Shown here: piece after piece, positions 53,601 through 63,666 of the stretch
How the letters are laid out: the number at the start of each line of letters is the position of its first letter
Numbering within the stretch: the first letter of the stretch is position 1
Assembly (NCBI GenBank): GCA_965202585.1
Contig: OZ241827.1
Coordinates: forward strand, 71,796,001 to 71,860,000
Direction of reading: 5' to 3'
Length of the DNA stretch: 64,000 nucleotides
From: Thalia democratica
Lineage: Eukaryota
The notes under the pieces: model-generated
What the model saw: the letters and a program-made list of their open reading frames with translations, nothing else
Databases searched by the model: none
Told to the model about the DNA's origin: nothing
Program-made: the position numbers and the translations under genes

Positions 53601-56600
53601 TACAAAACCTAAAAGCATTTTTTGGTTATATTGATGTTTTAAAATACTATAGAAATTGCTTGTTAAGCTTTGTACTGCTTTATATTTTACTTTAGTAAAT
53701 ATAGAAATTTTTATATAAATGACGACCATGAAACTTTAACTGATTATTTTAACATGCAATGACTAATCTTAATTCAAAATACGTTAATGTAAATCTAAAC
53801 TTAAAATCATCAAAATAAAAATCTACTAAATAGTTGATAATAAGATTATATTTAAAAATAAACTAATAATAATTTCTGTATTGTAATTTGCTCAAACGTT
53901 TATTTTATATAAACTTTTATGTTTTTCTGTGGCTTGAAAATTCTACAAATTGTATTTAAACTTGTAGTGTAAGTTTTAATAGTAACTAAACATTAAACAT
54001 TTAAAATAATTGCAATATAGTTTCAGAAAATAATCGTTTCACAAGAAAAAGAAAAATTTTAAACTTTGTTTAGTATTTTGCTATGCTTAAAAACTCAACA
54101 CCCTTTTTTAAATTAGCACTAATTAAGTTTATTGCCTTTTAAGAAACTTTTTTAAATTAATTCAATTAAAACTAAAAATACTTTATGCAAGTCAGTTAAA
54201 AAAAGGTTACATCTAAAATAAGTTACATAAAATTAAAACACGTTATACCTAATATAAGTTCTGTGAACAGTTTTAATTTAATGTAATTTTTAAAGTTATT
54301 TATCCAAGCTTTAAAAACTTTAAAAACATTTTTATTAGTTTAATCAATTAATATGTAAACCTAACAAACAGCTTTCATGGCTTATTAAAATCTTTAATTA
54401 AAACCAAAACAATACGGAAAAGTTCACAATTAACAAAATTTACCACATCTAATATTGTATTATAATGAAACTAATTTATTGTAAGAAATTGTGAAATAAC
54501 AATAAATTTACCAACAAACCTGTTAAGGAGATTGTACGACTTGTTAACCACGTTGCTGGGACACGAAACAAGTCTGAAAGCGATTTGATTGGCTGCTCGC
54601 TTGTAATGGCGGGAAATTACTTGCTCGAATGTGCACTGAAGCGTGTTAACGTCGTTCTGTCGTTAATTAATGATGATTTGGCGGAAAAATATCAATTGCT
54701 GGTTAGTAGCATTTAATTTCAATGAGAAATACTTGTTTGATTGGAGTTTATTATAGACTTGAGTTAATTGTTAGTAACGTTTAAACAATTAAACTTTAAA
54801 ATTTACTTTTAGTTACTGTTAGAATGTTGACTGAGTTGTGCTACATAAAGAAAAAAAAAGACTGATATATTTTATTTTGTCTGTTTTGTTTAAAAACTAA
54901 CTTAAAAGATTGAGGTAATAGTTCGTATACGTTAAAAGTTTATTCAATTTATAATTAACTTGTAAAATAACAGTTCAATAAATACATTTTAACGTTTTTG
55001 TTGCGTAATTAAATTAACGAAAAAACTTAATAACTTTGCTTTAATTCAAACACTTTACGTTAACTTAAGTATTATAAAAGAACTAGATTATTCTTTATTC
55101 TAAACTAATTCTTTGGTAAGTACTTCAAGTATTAATTTCTTTTCAAAATTGTATTTAATGTTTCAAACAGTCTAGACTCTAGACCAAGTTATTATCTTTT
55201 TTTTCTAACATTGTTTTTGTTTTAAAGATTACTGTAATAAAATCATTAACTTCAATAAATGAGCTTTGTTGACTAAAAACAATTACTGTATTGTTAAAAG
55301 CCTTATTGTTCAATGCTTTCTTTCTTACATTATGTTTTTATTCAAATAACTTTTTGTAAACTTTAAATTGATATACAAAATAGCTTTACAGCTTAACTAC
55401 AAAAAAAATTTCTACGTTAAACAATTTTGTAGTAAATAACACCTTTTGATAATATTTTTGCAAACTAGCATATTATATTTTACAGTTTTTTACCAAAGTA
55501 ATTAGCTTTAGCGAAATTATAAAAATTAAACTAAAATTCATTAATGTTAACAGTTTAAAGCAAGAACTTTTTGAGGATTAAATTGTTTTAATTTTACTGT
55601 TTCAAAGTTTGATTAGACTAGGAATAGACTAAATAACTTCAAACAATGTTTTTTGTCAATAAACTTTATAAGTTTGATAACTAGTACCTTTTATATCAAT
55701 CAGTTTTATATTTTGATACTTAGACTTAATACCACAAATGATTGAATAAAAACTATCATGTAAACAAATGAAATTTTTTTAATTATTAGAACTTTATAGA
55801 TGGTACTTTATTTTGTAGAAGTAAAAAAACAAACATGCTTAAGGTCAATGTTTTTAAATTATTTTATATTGTCAATTTTCAAATATATAGTAAAAAACAA
55901 ACATGCTTACACTGGAAACTTTCGATTTATCTTAATCTATTTTGTCAATTTTCAAATATAAAATTAAAAAACAAACATGTCTACAACTGGAAGTTTTCGA
56001 ATTATTTTCGTTTTCAGTTGTAGGCCTCCCATTACCCCCATGTAAAACCAACACTAATACTGAATATCTGCATTTCTTATCTGAACTTGCTGCCTGAAAT
56101 GAAGTTTAATAGTAAACTTAACAAGCAAAAAAAATGTTTAAGAAGTTATTAAAGTAGAACTAAACTGTGAGTAATTTCCAATACAAAACAGTGATTAAAA
56201 TTAAACGAGAATAAAGTTAACATGTTTAAACTAGTTGTTTAAGTGGTAAGTAATGTACTTAGTAAATATAAAGTCTTAATATTGTAGAAAAGTTTTATAA
56301 AATATTTTTTTATAAAAAATTACACAAAGCTAAATAGTTTTAAAAAGTTTTGATGCAACAATCGATACTAGTTTACACTTTTATTATTAAAATCTATTTA
56401 ACAACTAGGATATCATTATATATACCATACCTGTTCTGTTTGATAATTTCTGCATTGTATGGGCTCTTCGTAAACTGAATCTAAAAAATAAACAAACTAT
56501 TGAAAGTACTTAAAGTTTTAAAACAATCTAACTTATAAGAGTAACTACTAAAATCAAAGGGTACATAAAACTTTTTTTTAAAGTTTAGTTTAAGTGTACG

Positions 56601-59600
56601 GAAATAAATGTATGAACGTTTTACTTTAAATATACTTAACTTACAGCGTTCAAGATTTAGTGTTATACCAGTATGTTAAAAATATTTAACAAGTTACACT
56701 TGAATTTTTGAACAAAAAAAAATAAGTAGAATTTTTTTTTTCAATTTTCTTTTAAAATAAATAAACACCAACAACTAGCTATTTTTCCATATAACATTAT
56801 AAAACAAATAATTTATACAAAACAAACTTGGTTCATTTGACGCGCAACAATATGTATTTTAATAATTATTTAGCTTAATAAAATTAAACATATATATATA
56901 TATAACTATTGTATAATACAGTATTACAAAACAAACCTTGTTCATTTGACGCACAGCAAGATTTATTTTCATCGTCACTAATATAAGGTGATTCATCTGT
57001 AATAAAAATAAATTTTTGTTCATATAAAAGTTTATTAAACTTGCCATGAGTTTTATAAACCCTTCTTGTTCCATTAAAACTTTTTAGCTATTTTTAACAA
57101 ACTTAATATTTTGTAAACTCGTTATATTAAATTAACTTTATGTCTGTCAAATATTTTTACCAGTACTTCACTAGTGCTTTGTTGTATTTAGCTTAAAAAT
57201 TTAAATATTGTTTTAATTTGGTTTTACAGAAACAAGAAAATATAACAACAGTTCAGAAAAAAAAGCCACACAAAATCAATCAACAATTGTTGATAACAAA
57301 AAAGAAGAGTTTTCAAGCAAAATCAAAATAAAACACAACAAAATTAAAAGAACTTCTAAGTTAACCTAGCTTAAGACATAAACATATAAACTAACCGTAA
57401 GCATCAAAATATTCAGTGTCGCTACTTGAGTTAGATGCTACACTGTTTCGTTTTAATCCTTCTAATTTGCTGCCTATAAATAAAAAATGTGCTAAATGAA
57501 TAATTTTTGGTTCGTAATTTAGTAACACTGAGTAAAATAGCACAAATTAATTTCTATTTGTAGCAACTTCTTACAAATTACACACTATTTTTCAGTGCAT
57601 AACTAAATAAACTAAATATTGCTTTGCATTAGACATAACATTTTTTTATTTTTAACAACGCCTTACAAATTACACATAAATTTTTACTGCGTAAACCTAC
57701 TTCTTATTATATTTTTTTTTAAAGTCAAGAGTTAAAAAAAAAACAGACCAAACGCAGAAAACTTTGAACTTTAAAACATTTGCGTGAAAACCATTCTGGT
57801 GTGCGTAAAACTTTAAATCAATAAACTCGAAAAGAGTCTTTGAAAAAAACTCTTGCAATTCGAAAGCTGTTTGCCAAACCTTCTATAAATAGATCTTTTT
57901 ATAGTTTTCCTAAAAGCACAGATATTTTGCTTGTTTCAAAATAAGCGCGTAATTTTACCCAACGTTTGCTTCCTGTATTTTCTTAAAGTTTAAACTTTTA
58001 TTTCTTATCTTTTATACATTGTTATCTTATCTCTTGTTTCCATTTTCCTTAAAACTTAAATTTATACGGGTTAATTCAAAACATACTTCATTAAACTTTC
58101 ATGAAATCTTATCTTTTATGAGAAATATTTTTTTTCTTAAAATTAATCTTAAACTTTTTAATCCGTAACAGTTTTTGTTATTTTTTTAAATGTTATCTTT
58201 GTGGAGAAACGCGTTATTTTTCGTTTAATTCTTTTGACTTTCACGCTTGAACGTTTGTTTTTATAACAAGAAAAACTTAATTTATTAAAATTCAACTTTT
58301 TCAAAAGCGATGTAAAAATGCATTAAACATTTAAAAATTGTAGATAAATTGATTTGTGCTGCCCAGTAGTAAATTATGAAAGTGTTATTAGATTTTCAAA
58401 GAACTATACTAGGCATTTAAAAATCTTTTAATATTTCAAAATTTAAATTCTACAAGTTTAGTAAAGTTCTTAAACATAAAGCTTCACCTTTCTTCATTCA
58501 ATTGCAGTTAAACTTTTTGATTAAATAGTTTTTTGATTATTATCGTTTTTTTTAATAACAAGTAACTAAAACTTTTAGAAATGTTTTTTTTTTTGTTTGG
58601 ATTTTAATTAACTTTAGATTATCTTTATCACATCAAATCTATCTTAATATCAACAAGTTTACTTACTGCTATTATGGCTTCTGATGGAAAGTAAAGATTT
58701 AGTGGAGTTTCTCCTGTGCATTGACTGAACTGAACTGTTTGTAGATGAACTTTTATCTGTATTAATATATATTATATATTTTATTTTATCTAATTATCTA
58801 AAAACTATAACTTTTTACAGCTGTTTCATACATGAAATATAAAGTTTCATGTATTCCTCAGTAAGCTACAGTTTATTATAATAGTTAACAGAAATTGTTT
58901 AGCTCCAAATTAATTTGTCGAGCACTATCGACCAGAACTTTTTAAAAAACCTTTTATAAAAATTTTATATTATACATTTTATATATGTATATAAATTCAA
59001 ATTATCAACAAGTATTTTTATTTTTTGACTCAATAAAAAAGATTATAAATATAATTTATATTTCATTGTGAGCCATAGAAAAAGCTGCATATAATTTATT
59101 TAATTGCAATTTAATTCATCTGGCCACATCTCTTTAAGTTTTGATACACTTAATAATAACAATTTGTTTCAGAGCTTTAAAAAAAAATTGTTTTATACAC
59201 AATACCTTTATTGTCTTGGGCCAAAAATAATTATACAGCTAAATACAGAATTTCACGTACTAGCAGTCTGTAGTTAAAAAAAAAACAATTGACTTTTGCA
59301 AACAACGGATTGAGTTCACATAAACTAGTTTTTCAAATTGGACTTAATTCAAATTAATTTTCAAACTGAAAATAATTTTTTATTTTGGATACGTTTAAAA
59401 TCTGTAATTAAAGAAAAACAAACATTGTTATTGAACAATTTTTATTGAAAATAGTAATTTAAGAACCTGTTAAAGTAATTTTTATACAAAAATAAAATCT
59501 TTTAAAATCTTTTGACAGATGAAAATAGAAAGAAACTCTCAGTTAATAAATTTTATAATTATATTCTTAAACTTACCATTTAAAGAACTTATAGAAGGAG

Positions 59601-62600
59601 TTTTATTGAGAGAATTATTTTCTTTATTCTCATCATTAGTTTCAGTTTTACCTATCTGAAATATTAAAAATTATTTGCTTTTTAATACTGAAAAAACAAT
59701 AAAATAACAAACTTTAGTTTTTAATCGAAAATAAATTTACATTTAAAAAATGCTCAAAATTATTTCTAAGAGTGTTTGTAAATAGAAAAAAGTTCGTTGG
59801 AACAAGAATTTGCAATTTCTCAATTTCTTAAAATCTGACGCACGTTTTTCTGTTTATTCAGTTTCTTGGGTTAATTAAGAATGATTCAGATTATTTTGTG
59901 ATAGTTCAGATACTTTTTACAATAACATTTTTCTATAATTTTACAAAAAACTTACAATACTTTTAAAAATGTATAAAAAACAATATTAGCACGTTGATAC
60001 TTTATTCACAACTTTAAATTATTAATATAATAACTTACAGTATTACTTTGTTGGCAAAAAACTAACAAAATCAATTTGTTGATATTTCTTCTGCAAAACA
60101 TACATATTTTAACTTAATTTTCTGATATTCAACACATACAAACAACACCAACCTTGTTATACTTCTCCTGCAGCATTTGTTGCGTTTCAAGCTCCAGTTT
60201 CCTGATATCTTCAATCGTCATGTCGAACCACTCGTCCATCCAACACCACGCTTGCTTGTGAGCTCCCAGCATGGTTTTGCGTAGTCCTTCAAATATATTT
60301 AAATACATATATAATTAATATAACTCATCCATTTAACATTGATCTTGTTTGTGCCACTATAAGCATTATTTTGCGCAGTACAAAGCAAAAAATACCAATG
60401 AAAATAAAAACATTTTTATTTATTTTTAATTTTGAGGAATAATTTAGCTATGAAAATATCAACTTATTTAAAAATAAAAAATAAAAACAAATCTACAAAC
60501 CTGTGTCATGAATAAACTTTTCCATTTTCGTTTGAATTCCCCAATATTTAAACTCCACCTAAAAAGTTTCAATATTTCAATTTGAATGAAAGCACTCTAA
60601 ACTAGTAGTAGAAATAATTTGACCTTTTTCTCTAGTAATTATAATTGTTGCTTAAAAAGTGTTATATATTAAAAATTAAGCAGCGTTTCTGAAAGCTTAA
60701 CATTCTTAGGTGCTCACTTTGTGATACACTGACTTAGACCATCTCAATTCGCATTTTTTGTTATCTCAATAAGACTCATAACATTAAATATTAATTACAA
60801 CTACTTTGTTTATTTATAAATCGAATGTAAAATTTATTCAAACCAACCTTGCATATTTTGTACGCGCACATCTTCTTACAATCAGGATCGTCCTTCAAAT
60901 TTTTCAGCCAATCATCAGCAAGTGGACCTCTCCCCGCCTTCTGTGATTGGTAGAACCTCGGGTCCTCCTCTTTGGGGCAGTCAGCTGTCTTCTCCTTGAC
61001 TATGTCGATCAAGTCTGTGAATAAAAATTGGGATTATGATTTTGTTGTAAAACTATCAAAAAAACTATTTATTTTAACAATTTTATTTTATTACTAATCA
61101 GAGAAAAGTTAAATTTTGACACAGTTATTACAGGTTAGACAAATTGAAAAAATTTTTCTACTTTAATTTTCTAAATCAGACCAACCTTTTAAAAACTTGA
61201 CAAAAACCAACTAGCATTCAAACTAAATCTTACCAATTTTAGTGCTCTTCTACTTTAACATTGACATATAGCATTAATGATAGCATTACAAAAAACACAA
61301 CTATAACAATATAAATACATAAAACACCAACCAATTTTAGTACTCTTCCTCTGACTCTGTGACAAGTTAAACACGTTCTCCTTGTCACCCACATCATCTA
61401 GAAAGTGGGTCTCAATCTCGATATTCAATTTGTCCATAAAGGGGCAGGTGAACTTGGTTTTGGTGTACGGGTAAGCGTTCCATGCCTCCTCTATAACCAC
61501 AAATGAATCCTTGGGAAAAATTGGAAGGACCCAGCCTGAAATATTATTTATTATTGATAACAATTTAAGTTGGTTATTGAATTACTAGACAAACAAGTTA
61601 GAGAAATAAACTTTTTTTCAACTCACTTTAATAAAATATTTCTTTTGTGACCACTTAATAATAATAATTGTTTATTTCAAATAAAACTAAGTAGGACGAT
61701 GTGATGCATTGTTTAGCTTTACACTTAATGTTTTTTTATTTCAACTCAAACTAACTAACAACATTGCAATAAAATATTTCTTTTGTGTATACTGACAACT
61801 TAAAAAAATTATAATAAAACTAACTTAGTACATGAATTGCAATAAAATATTATTTCTGTCTAGTTCTCAATAATTAATACTTATATAAACCAAACTAACT
61901 GAGTTTAATTGAGTGAAGCAATAAAGTATTCCTTTTGTATATATTAACAACTTATAATTTATATTTAATTATTTATAAGGATACTGACTTATAGCATAGG
62001 AGGCTATGAAATATGTTTACTATGTATATTGATCACTCAAGTATTTACTAATTGTGTTTATAATAATTAACAACTAACTTGGAACATGAGAAGCAATGAA
62101 ATACTTCTTCTGCGTATACTGCCCACTACCTCCGTACCCCTCAGTGTACGGTTCGTTCTTGATTATTTCCACTCCGCTGTCTTTACCTTTGCTCTCCTCT
62201 CTACTCTTCCTCTGTAGATGTATCAAAATTGTTAGTTGCAAGGTAAAAGTATGCTTGAATTTTTTTTACTGTTGCTAATTTTTAACTGAAATACTTCAAG
62301 CTAGCCTGAGTAATGACAAGCTAAAATTTCCAAAATCTACAAAGTAATAACACAACGTCGTTATTAAAAAAATAAGAAAAAAGGATTGTAGTCATAGTTC
62401 ATAGCCTGAGGTTAATGAAAAAGAATTAAAACTAGGCTGAGTTTTTTAATCAAAAAATACCGAATCAGTCTGGATCTGTTATCCAAAAATTTACAATTAG
62501 CCTGAGTTATTCTGAAAGTTTGGCAAGCCAGTATGGTTTTTAAAAACTTCTTGTCAGAACTTAAGTATTTTATATGGATGGATATTTTAACCTCAAAAAT

Positions 62601-63666
62601 AACTTAAAAATGCCTAATTCTTCTTTGTAATAAAGTTAGTTCATAAGTGTAGTGATAGAACCAGAATACAGTATAAATTATAAACTTAATTTATTTTGTC
62701 AAACAATTGTCATAATAAAAAGAACTTTAACACATATTAAAAATGATGCTGATTATTAATTTTTAAACCACATTAATATTTGTATTAAATTAAAAAACTA
62801 GACTATCTTAATTCTTAACTGGCCCTAATTGAGTTTCTATAAGTAAGTACTTTTTAAATATTTTACATATCAATAATTATATAAATAATATAAAAAGAGT
62901 TATAAAGAAAAAACTCAATTAATTTAAGTCAAAAAAATTATAATAAAAATATACCAAAAGTTTAAACAATGTGAATTACAATAGTGTTTAAATTAAAACA
63001 AAAGTATATTTTTGTTTTACTTAAATGATAAAATAGATAAAAATATTTAAAAATATATATATTAATTGCTTTGAAATTTTCTAAGATTTATAAATTTTTG
63101 ACAGCTTTGAACATATCTTTACATGTTTACTATACATTTTATTTCATAATATACAGTTTTAATTTATGCTTTTATATGATATACCTTATTAAAAAATAAA
63201 TAAAATTTGAAAAGTTTGTAACAAAAAAATTCCTTTCTAAAAAGTTTTATGTACTTTCATGATACTGCCAAACAAATTTTTAAAATATTATCATCAGTTT
63301 TCAGTATTCAAATATACTTCAACATAAGTAAAAGAGTTTTTATCAATTAATGAAAACTTTGATGAAATTAATAAATTGAAACAGAAAAAATTTACACTTA
63401 AGATTTTTTTATAAGTGAAGACTTTTTTATTATTTTTATCATAAACATAAAAAAATAATAAAAAACATATAACTGTTTATGTCTATAACATAATTATAGA
63501 AAAAATAATAATAAACAAATGAGTTGAAAAATGTTAAAAAAAACAAAGGTATTTATAACAAAACAAATACAATTATTGTTAAACCAACCTGAATCATGTA
63601 AAGTTGTGCAATTTTATATTCATCAACGCTCAGAGGCATTGGAATTCTGTATTCTTTTATTAACAT
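23615..63666 (-). CDS. rdgB: Membrane-associated phosphatidylinositol transfer protein (RdgB-alpha / PITPNM1-2 / Nir2-3 family), 30 coding exons, ~1188 aa
   Basis: Thirty exons join in frame by hand (3567 nt including stop), all with GT-AG introns. The N-terminus [26 protein letters not shown] is typical of PITPNM proteins. The PI-binding PITP residues are present ([23 protein letters not shown]). Further motifs are FFAT-like EYFDAYD, DDHD motifs (GSPL, SDPxxxRIEP, [18 protein letters not shown]) and LNS2 motifs ([22 protein letters not shown]). Confidence 0.95.
23739..23819 (-). CDS. rdgB: rdgB exon 29
   Basis: [27 protein letters not shown], followed by a GTTTGT donor; if unspliced it reads VCLIC* to 23721. 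Confidence 0.88.
24051..24179 (-). CDS. rdgB: rdgB exon 28 (LNS2)
   Basis: [43 protein letters not shown]. Confidence 0.92.
24469..24652 (-). CDS. rdgB: rdgB exon 27 (LNS2)
   Basis: [41 protein letters not shown]...NIQKE. Confidence 0.93.
25897..26046 (-). CDS. rdgB: rdgB exon 26 (LNS2)
   Basis: [50 protein letters not shown](R). Confidence 0.93.
26618..26736 (-). CDS. rdgB: rdgB exon 25
   Basis: [39 protein letters not shown](R). Confidence 0.9.
27934..28074 (-). CDS. rdgB: rdgB exon 24
   Basis: [47 protein letters not shown]. Confidence 0.92.
28567..28704 (-). CDS. rdgB: rdgB exon 23
   Basis: [10 protein letters not shown]...[17 protein letters not shown] (family motif EKWQRKRTxVK). 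Confidence 0.9.
32894..33042 (-). CDS. rdgB: rdgB exon 22 (DDHD core)
   Basis: [50 protein letters not shown]; CAG / GTTAGG. Confidence 0.94.
34165..34500 (+). promoter_or_regulatory. CpG-rich conserved promoter/enhancer-like element in rdgB intron 21 (copy B)
   Basis: Perfect CRE TGACGTCA at 34251-34258 and a 9-bp inverted repeat ACGTTTGCG..CGCAAACGT. TATA at 34381 and TCAATT at 34407 keep the same spacing as in copy A, and both donor-like motifs are conserved. Confidence 0.4.
36130..36364. mobile_element. MITE-like element, paralogous to 1821-2074
   Basis: Same ends (GGGTCACTTTTGCACGAAGTC / GACTTTAGTGCAAAATAGACTCTTG); predates the duplication. Confidence 0.5.
36812..36904 (-). CDS. rdgB: rdgB exon 21
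   Basis: [31 protein letters not shown]; differs from copy A only by 3 synonymous changes. Confidence 0.88.
37569..37667 (-). CDS. rdgB: rdgB exon 20
   Basis: [33 protein letters not shown]; CAG / GTTGGT; phase 1-1. Confidence 0.8.
38268..38636. mobile_element. Copy-B-specific insertion; truncated TTAA-targeting (Kolobok-like) DNA transposon fragment
   Basis: Absent at the homologous site in copy A (~4070-4080). The right end is CCCCCCTATGCCC-TTAA; no matching left end is seen. Confidence 0.45.
39355..39431 (-). CDS. rdgB: rdgB exon 19 (DDHD)
   Basis: [26 protein letters not shown] (family motif VPRYQKFPLGDG); CAG / GTAAGT. Confidence 0.88.
42601..42649. other. Conserved stem-loop in rdgB intron 18 (copy B)
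   Basis: Identical to 8515-8563. Confidence 0.3.
43415..43556 (-). CDS. rdgB: rdgB exon 18 (DDHD)
   Basis: [47 protein letters not shown]; CAG / GTAAGT. Confidence 0.92.
43989..44142 (-). CDS. rdgB: rdgB exon 17 (start of DDHD)
   Basis: [18 protein letters not shown]...[14 protein letters not shown](G); CAG / GTTTGT. Confidence 0.9.
44364..44600 (-). CDS. rdgB: rdgB exon 16
   Basis: [21 protein letters not shown]...[12 protein letters not shown]; phase 0-0; open in both copies. Confidence 0.85.
45724..45816 (-). CDS. rdgB: rdgB exon 15
   Basis: [31 protein letters not shown] (family motif IGDxVGGILGFDAL); CAG / GTTAGT. Confidence 0.88.
46110..46290 (-). CDS. rdgB: rdgB exon 14
   Basis: [24 protein letters not shown]...[18 protein letters not shown]; CAG / GTTGGT. 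Confidence 0.9.
47284..47873 (+). CDS. Candidate nested antisense two-exon small ORF (~39 aa), copy B: [11 protein letters not shown]|[28 protein letters not shown]
   Basis: Exons 47284-47316 and 47787-47873 lie inside rdgB intron 13, with the same structure as copy A. Confidence 0.55.
48810..49945. mobile_element. Copy-B-specific ~1.1 kb insertion, probably composite transposon debris
   Basis: Absent in copy A (~14690). It contains TTAA-AGGGGCAGT at 48843, an internal direct repeat (ACGTGCTTCCA...TAGGAGTTAA at ~48883 and ~49540) and CpG-rich stretches. Confidence 0.45.
50654..50726 (+). repeat. 29-bp tandem array, 3 units (paralog of 15349-15450)
   Basis: Cores at 50654, 50683 and 50712. 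Confidence 0.9.
54520..54656 (-). CDS. rdgB: rdgB exon 13
   Basis: [45 protein letters not shown]; CAG / GTTTGT. Confidence 0.9.
55820..55976. repeat. Two degenerate 68-74 bp tandem copies of the exon 12 donor region
   Basis: AAAAAACAAACATG at ~55824, ~55892 and ~55966. Confidence 0.8.
55977..56093 (-). CDS. rdgB: rdgB exon 12
   Basis: [39 protein letters not shown]; the LVLHGG motif is typical of the family. Confidence 0.88.
56431..56480 (-). CDS. rdgB: rdgB exon 11
   Basis: [17 protein letters not shown]; TAG / GTATGG; restores phase 0. Confidence 0.8.
56937..56996 (-). CDS. rdgB: rdgB exon 10
   Basis: [20 protein letters not shown]; CAG / GTTTGT; conserved in copy A with synonymous changes. 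Confidence 0.85.
57396..57473 (-). CDS. rdgB: rdgB exon 9 (FFAT-like VAP-binding motif)
   Basis: [26 protein letters not shown](D); matches the EFFDAxE FFAT motif of RdgB/Nir proteins; TAG / GTTAGT. Confidence 0.85.
58667..58756 (-). CDS. rdgB: rdgB exon 8 (linker)
   Basis: [30 protein letters not shown]; CAG / GTAAGT; phase 1-1. Confidence 0.8.
59577..59655 (-). CDS. rdgB: rdgB exon 7 (linker)
   Basis: [26 protein letters not shown]; CAG / GTAAGT; supplies the required phase 0 to 1 change. Confidence 0.8.
60153..60286 (-). CDS. rdgB: rdgB exon 6 (end of PITP domain)
   Basis: [45 protein letters not shown]; AAG / GTTGGT. Confidence 0.92.
60501..60558 (-). CDS. rdgB: rdgB exon 5 (PITP domain)
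   Basis: [19 protein letters not shown]; TAG / GTTTGT. Confidence 0.92.
60848..61014 (-). CDS. rdgB: rdgB exon 4 (PITP domain)
   Basis: DLIDIVKEK...[21 protein letters not shown]...MCAYKICK; CAG / GTTGGT. Confidence 0.93.
61332..61535 (-). CDS. rdgB: rdgB exon 3 (PITP domain)
   Basis: [45 protein letters not shown]...STKI; CAG / GTTGGT. Confidence 0.93.
61627..61960. repeat. Degenerate ~70-bp minisatellite in intron 2
   Basis: A motif like GCAATAAAATATTTCTTTTGT recurs at ~61630, 61778, 61848 and 61918. Confidence 0.55.
62079..62211 (-). CDS. rdgB: rdgB exon 2 (PITP domain)
   Basis: [44 protein letters not shown]; CAG acceptor, GTTAGT donor. Confidence 0.93.
63589..63666 (-). CDS. rdgB: rdgB exon 1 (PITP domain)
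   Basis: ATG at 63666; [26 protein letters not shown]; donor GTTGGT. Confidence 0.93.

Larger units (their letters stand above)
32482..57480. repeat. Segmental duplication, copy B (within the intact gene); homologous to 1-~21345
   Basis: Continuous colinear similarity of exons and introns with indels. Window position 1 (CTTTGTTTT...AAAAGACACATTTTCAGTCCATAAA) matches 32482. Confidence 0.93.

Noticed and set aside
62096-62278. Plus-strand 60-aa ORF
   Set aside because: Antisense shadow of exon 2
23630-63588. Minor (U12) or non-canonical introns
   Set aside because: All 29 inferred introns are GT-AG and none has the U12 donor RTATCCTT
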